Positions 62,853-64,000 of a DNA stretch of 64,000 bases are shown piece by piece. Position numbers and translations under genes: made by a program. This DNA is from Mobula hypostoma (Eukaryota): positions 246,204,001 through 246,268,000 of the forward strand of contig NC_086097.1 in NCBI RefSeq assembly GCF_963921235.1. Direction: 5' to 3'. Every line of letters starts with the position of its first letter. The first letter of the stretch is position 1. The notes below the pieces were generated by a model. That model was not told the DNA's origin, made no database searches, and saw only the letters and a list, made by a program, of their open reading frames with translations.

Positions 62853-63842
62853 TATACTATAAGTGAGAAGTAAGATCAGGCAATAAAATTGTAACCCAGT
62901 GACCTCCCAGAATCTGTTCTGTTTTCTACTGAGTGGAGTAAATGGATTACTGTCCTGGAGAGACTTCCAGTACATTGCAGAAACTGAGACATTTCAAGAT
63001 AACTGTGGACCACAGTGTGGCCCCGAATTGACGTTACAGCATATTACAGATGGCAGAGATTTGGTCCATCAGATATTGCCTGGATATGCGTCTTATTCCC
63101 AAAATCCAACTTGCTGCTAAGTAGAGGAGAGAATGGTTTAAAATTCTGAGCTCTGTATTTTAGTTCTTAACATACAGTAGAATCTTACAACACCAAATTG
63201 GCCCTTCAGCCTATGATGATGTGTCCCCCTTTTAACCTACTGAAGGTCAATCTAACTCTTAACTCCTACTTGACCCCACCATTTTTCTATCATCCATGTG
63301 CCTGTCTAAGAGTTTCTTAAATATCCCTAATGAATCTGCCTCTAACCTGGAAGTTGTTCCACACACTCACAACTCTCTGTGTAAAGAACTTGCCTCTGAC
63401 GCCCTCCCATACTTTCCTCCAATCACCTTAAAATTATTCCCCCTTGTATTAGCTCGTATTCTTCCTTAGCTGTGTATGCAGATTATTATGGCCACCTGCA
63501 GCCCTATATCAATACCTGTTTCCACCTCCACTCCACTGGCAGACATGCCTTCTACTGCCTAAACCCCTGTTGGGAATCCTCTGCTAAAAGTCTGCACCTT
63601 TCAACTCCTTGAAGTCATGTTTCAAAACCAGTCATTTAAAAAAATTATTTATTTGAATTCTTTGGTTTGGCGTTGCAGTCACTGAAAGCACTTTCTCACA
63701 TTTCCCTCCAATATGGAACCAAGGCATCTTGCCAGTCATGTTCATATGCATTCCCAATGTCATCCTACAATTTCATTCCCCACTTACATCCCTGTGATCT
63801 ATTTTCTCTCACGTTGACATCAATGTCAGCTCAATCCTCCTA

Positions 63843-64000
63843 TTCTGAGGAAGACATTCTTGCCATAGAAGGAGTACAAAGAAGGTTCACAGATTGATTC
63901 CTGGGATGGCAGGACTTTCATATGATCAAAGACTGGATTGACTGGGCTTATACTCTCTGGAATTTAGAAGATTGAGGGGGGATCTTATTGAAACATATAA
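63843..64000 (+). mobile_element. Young CR1 fragment running off the window end
   Basis: Closely matches 36996-37155 (DILAIEGVQRRFT...LEFRRLRGDLIET). Confidence 0.9.

Larger units (their letters stand above)
6756..64000 (-). other. SUGCT: Last intron of SUGCT (more than 57 kb, extends beyond window)
   Basis: I found no match to the expected penultimate exon (about VLHNGLVMEMEHPTVGKISVP) in the unique stretches. SUGCT is known for very large introns. Confidence 0.7.

Overview
Eukaryotic, repeat-dominated vertebrate DNA. The repeat spectrum (HE1/V-SINE-type SINEs, abundant CR1, Rex1/Babar, Penelope-derived palindromic repeats) points to a cartilaginous fish, probably a ray (inference). I can support one host coding exon, which the ORF track misses: the terminal coding exon of SUGCT (succinyl-CoA:glutarate CoA-transferase) on the minus strand at 6592-6755, with a clean acceptor, a stop codon and a nearby AATAAA. 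Everything from 6756 to the window end appears to lie in its very large last intron. The rest is a nested mosaic of CR1 LINEs (one young copy with a 506-aa open RT frame), Rex1/Babar LINEs, a Vingi/Ingi-like LINE with a TSD, Dong/R4 and L1 fragments, an internally deleted Tigger transposon, Tc1-like micro-MITEs, tRNA-SINEs and non-autonomous RTE-like retroposons. The most interesting signal is a dispersed Penelope-derived short repeat family carrying a minimal type I hammerhead ribozyme motif (AGTC-CTGAYGA-stemII-GAAA-CGTC-GACT). It includes 105-122 bp stand-alone insertions with 15-16 bp target-site duplications. Repeat family names come from motif recognition, not database searches, and most repeat boundaries are approximate.
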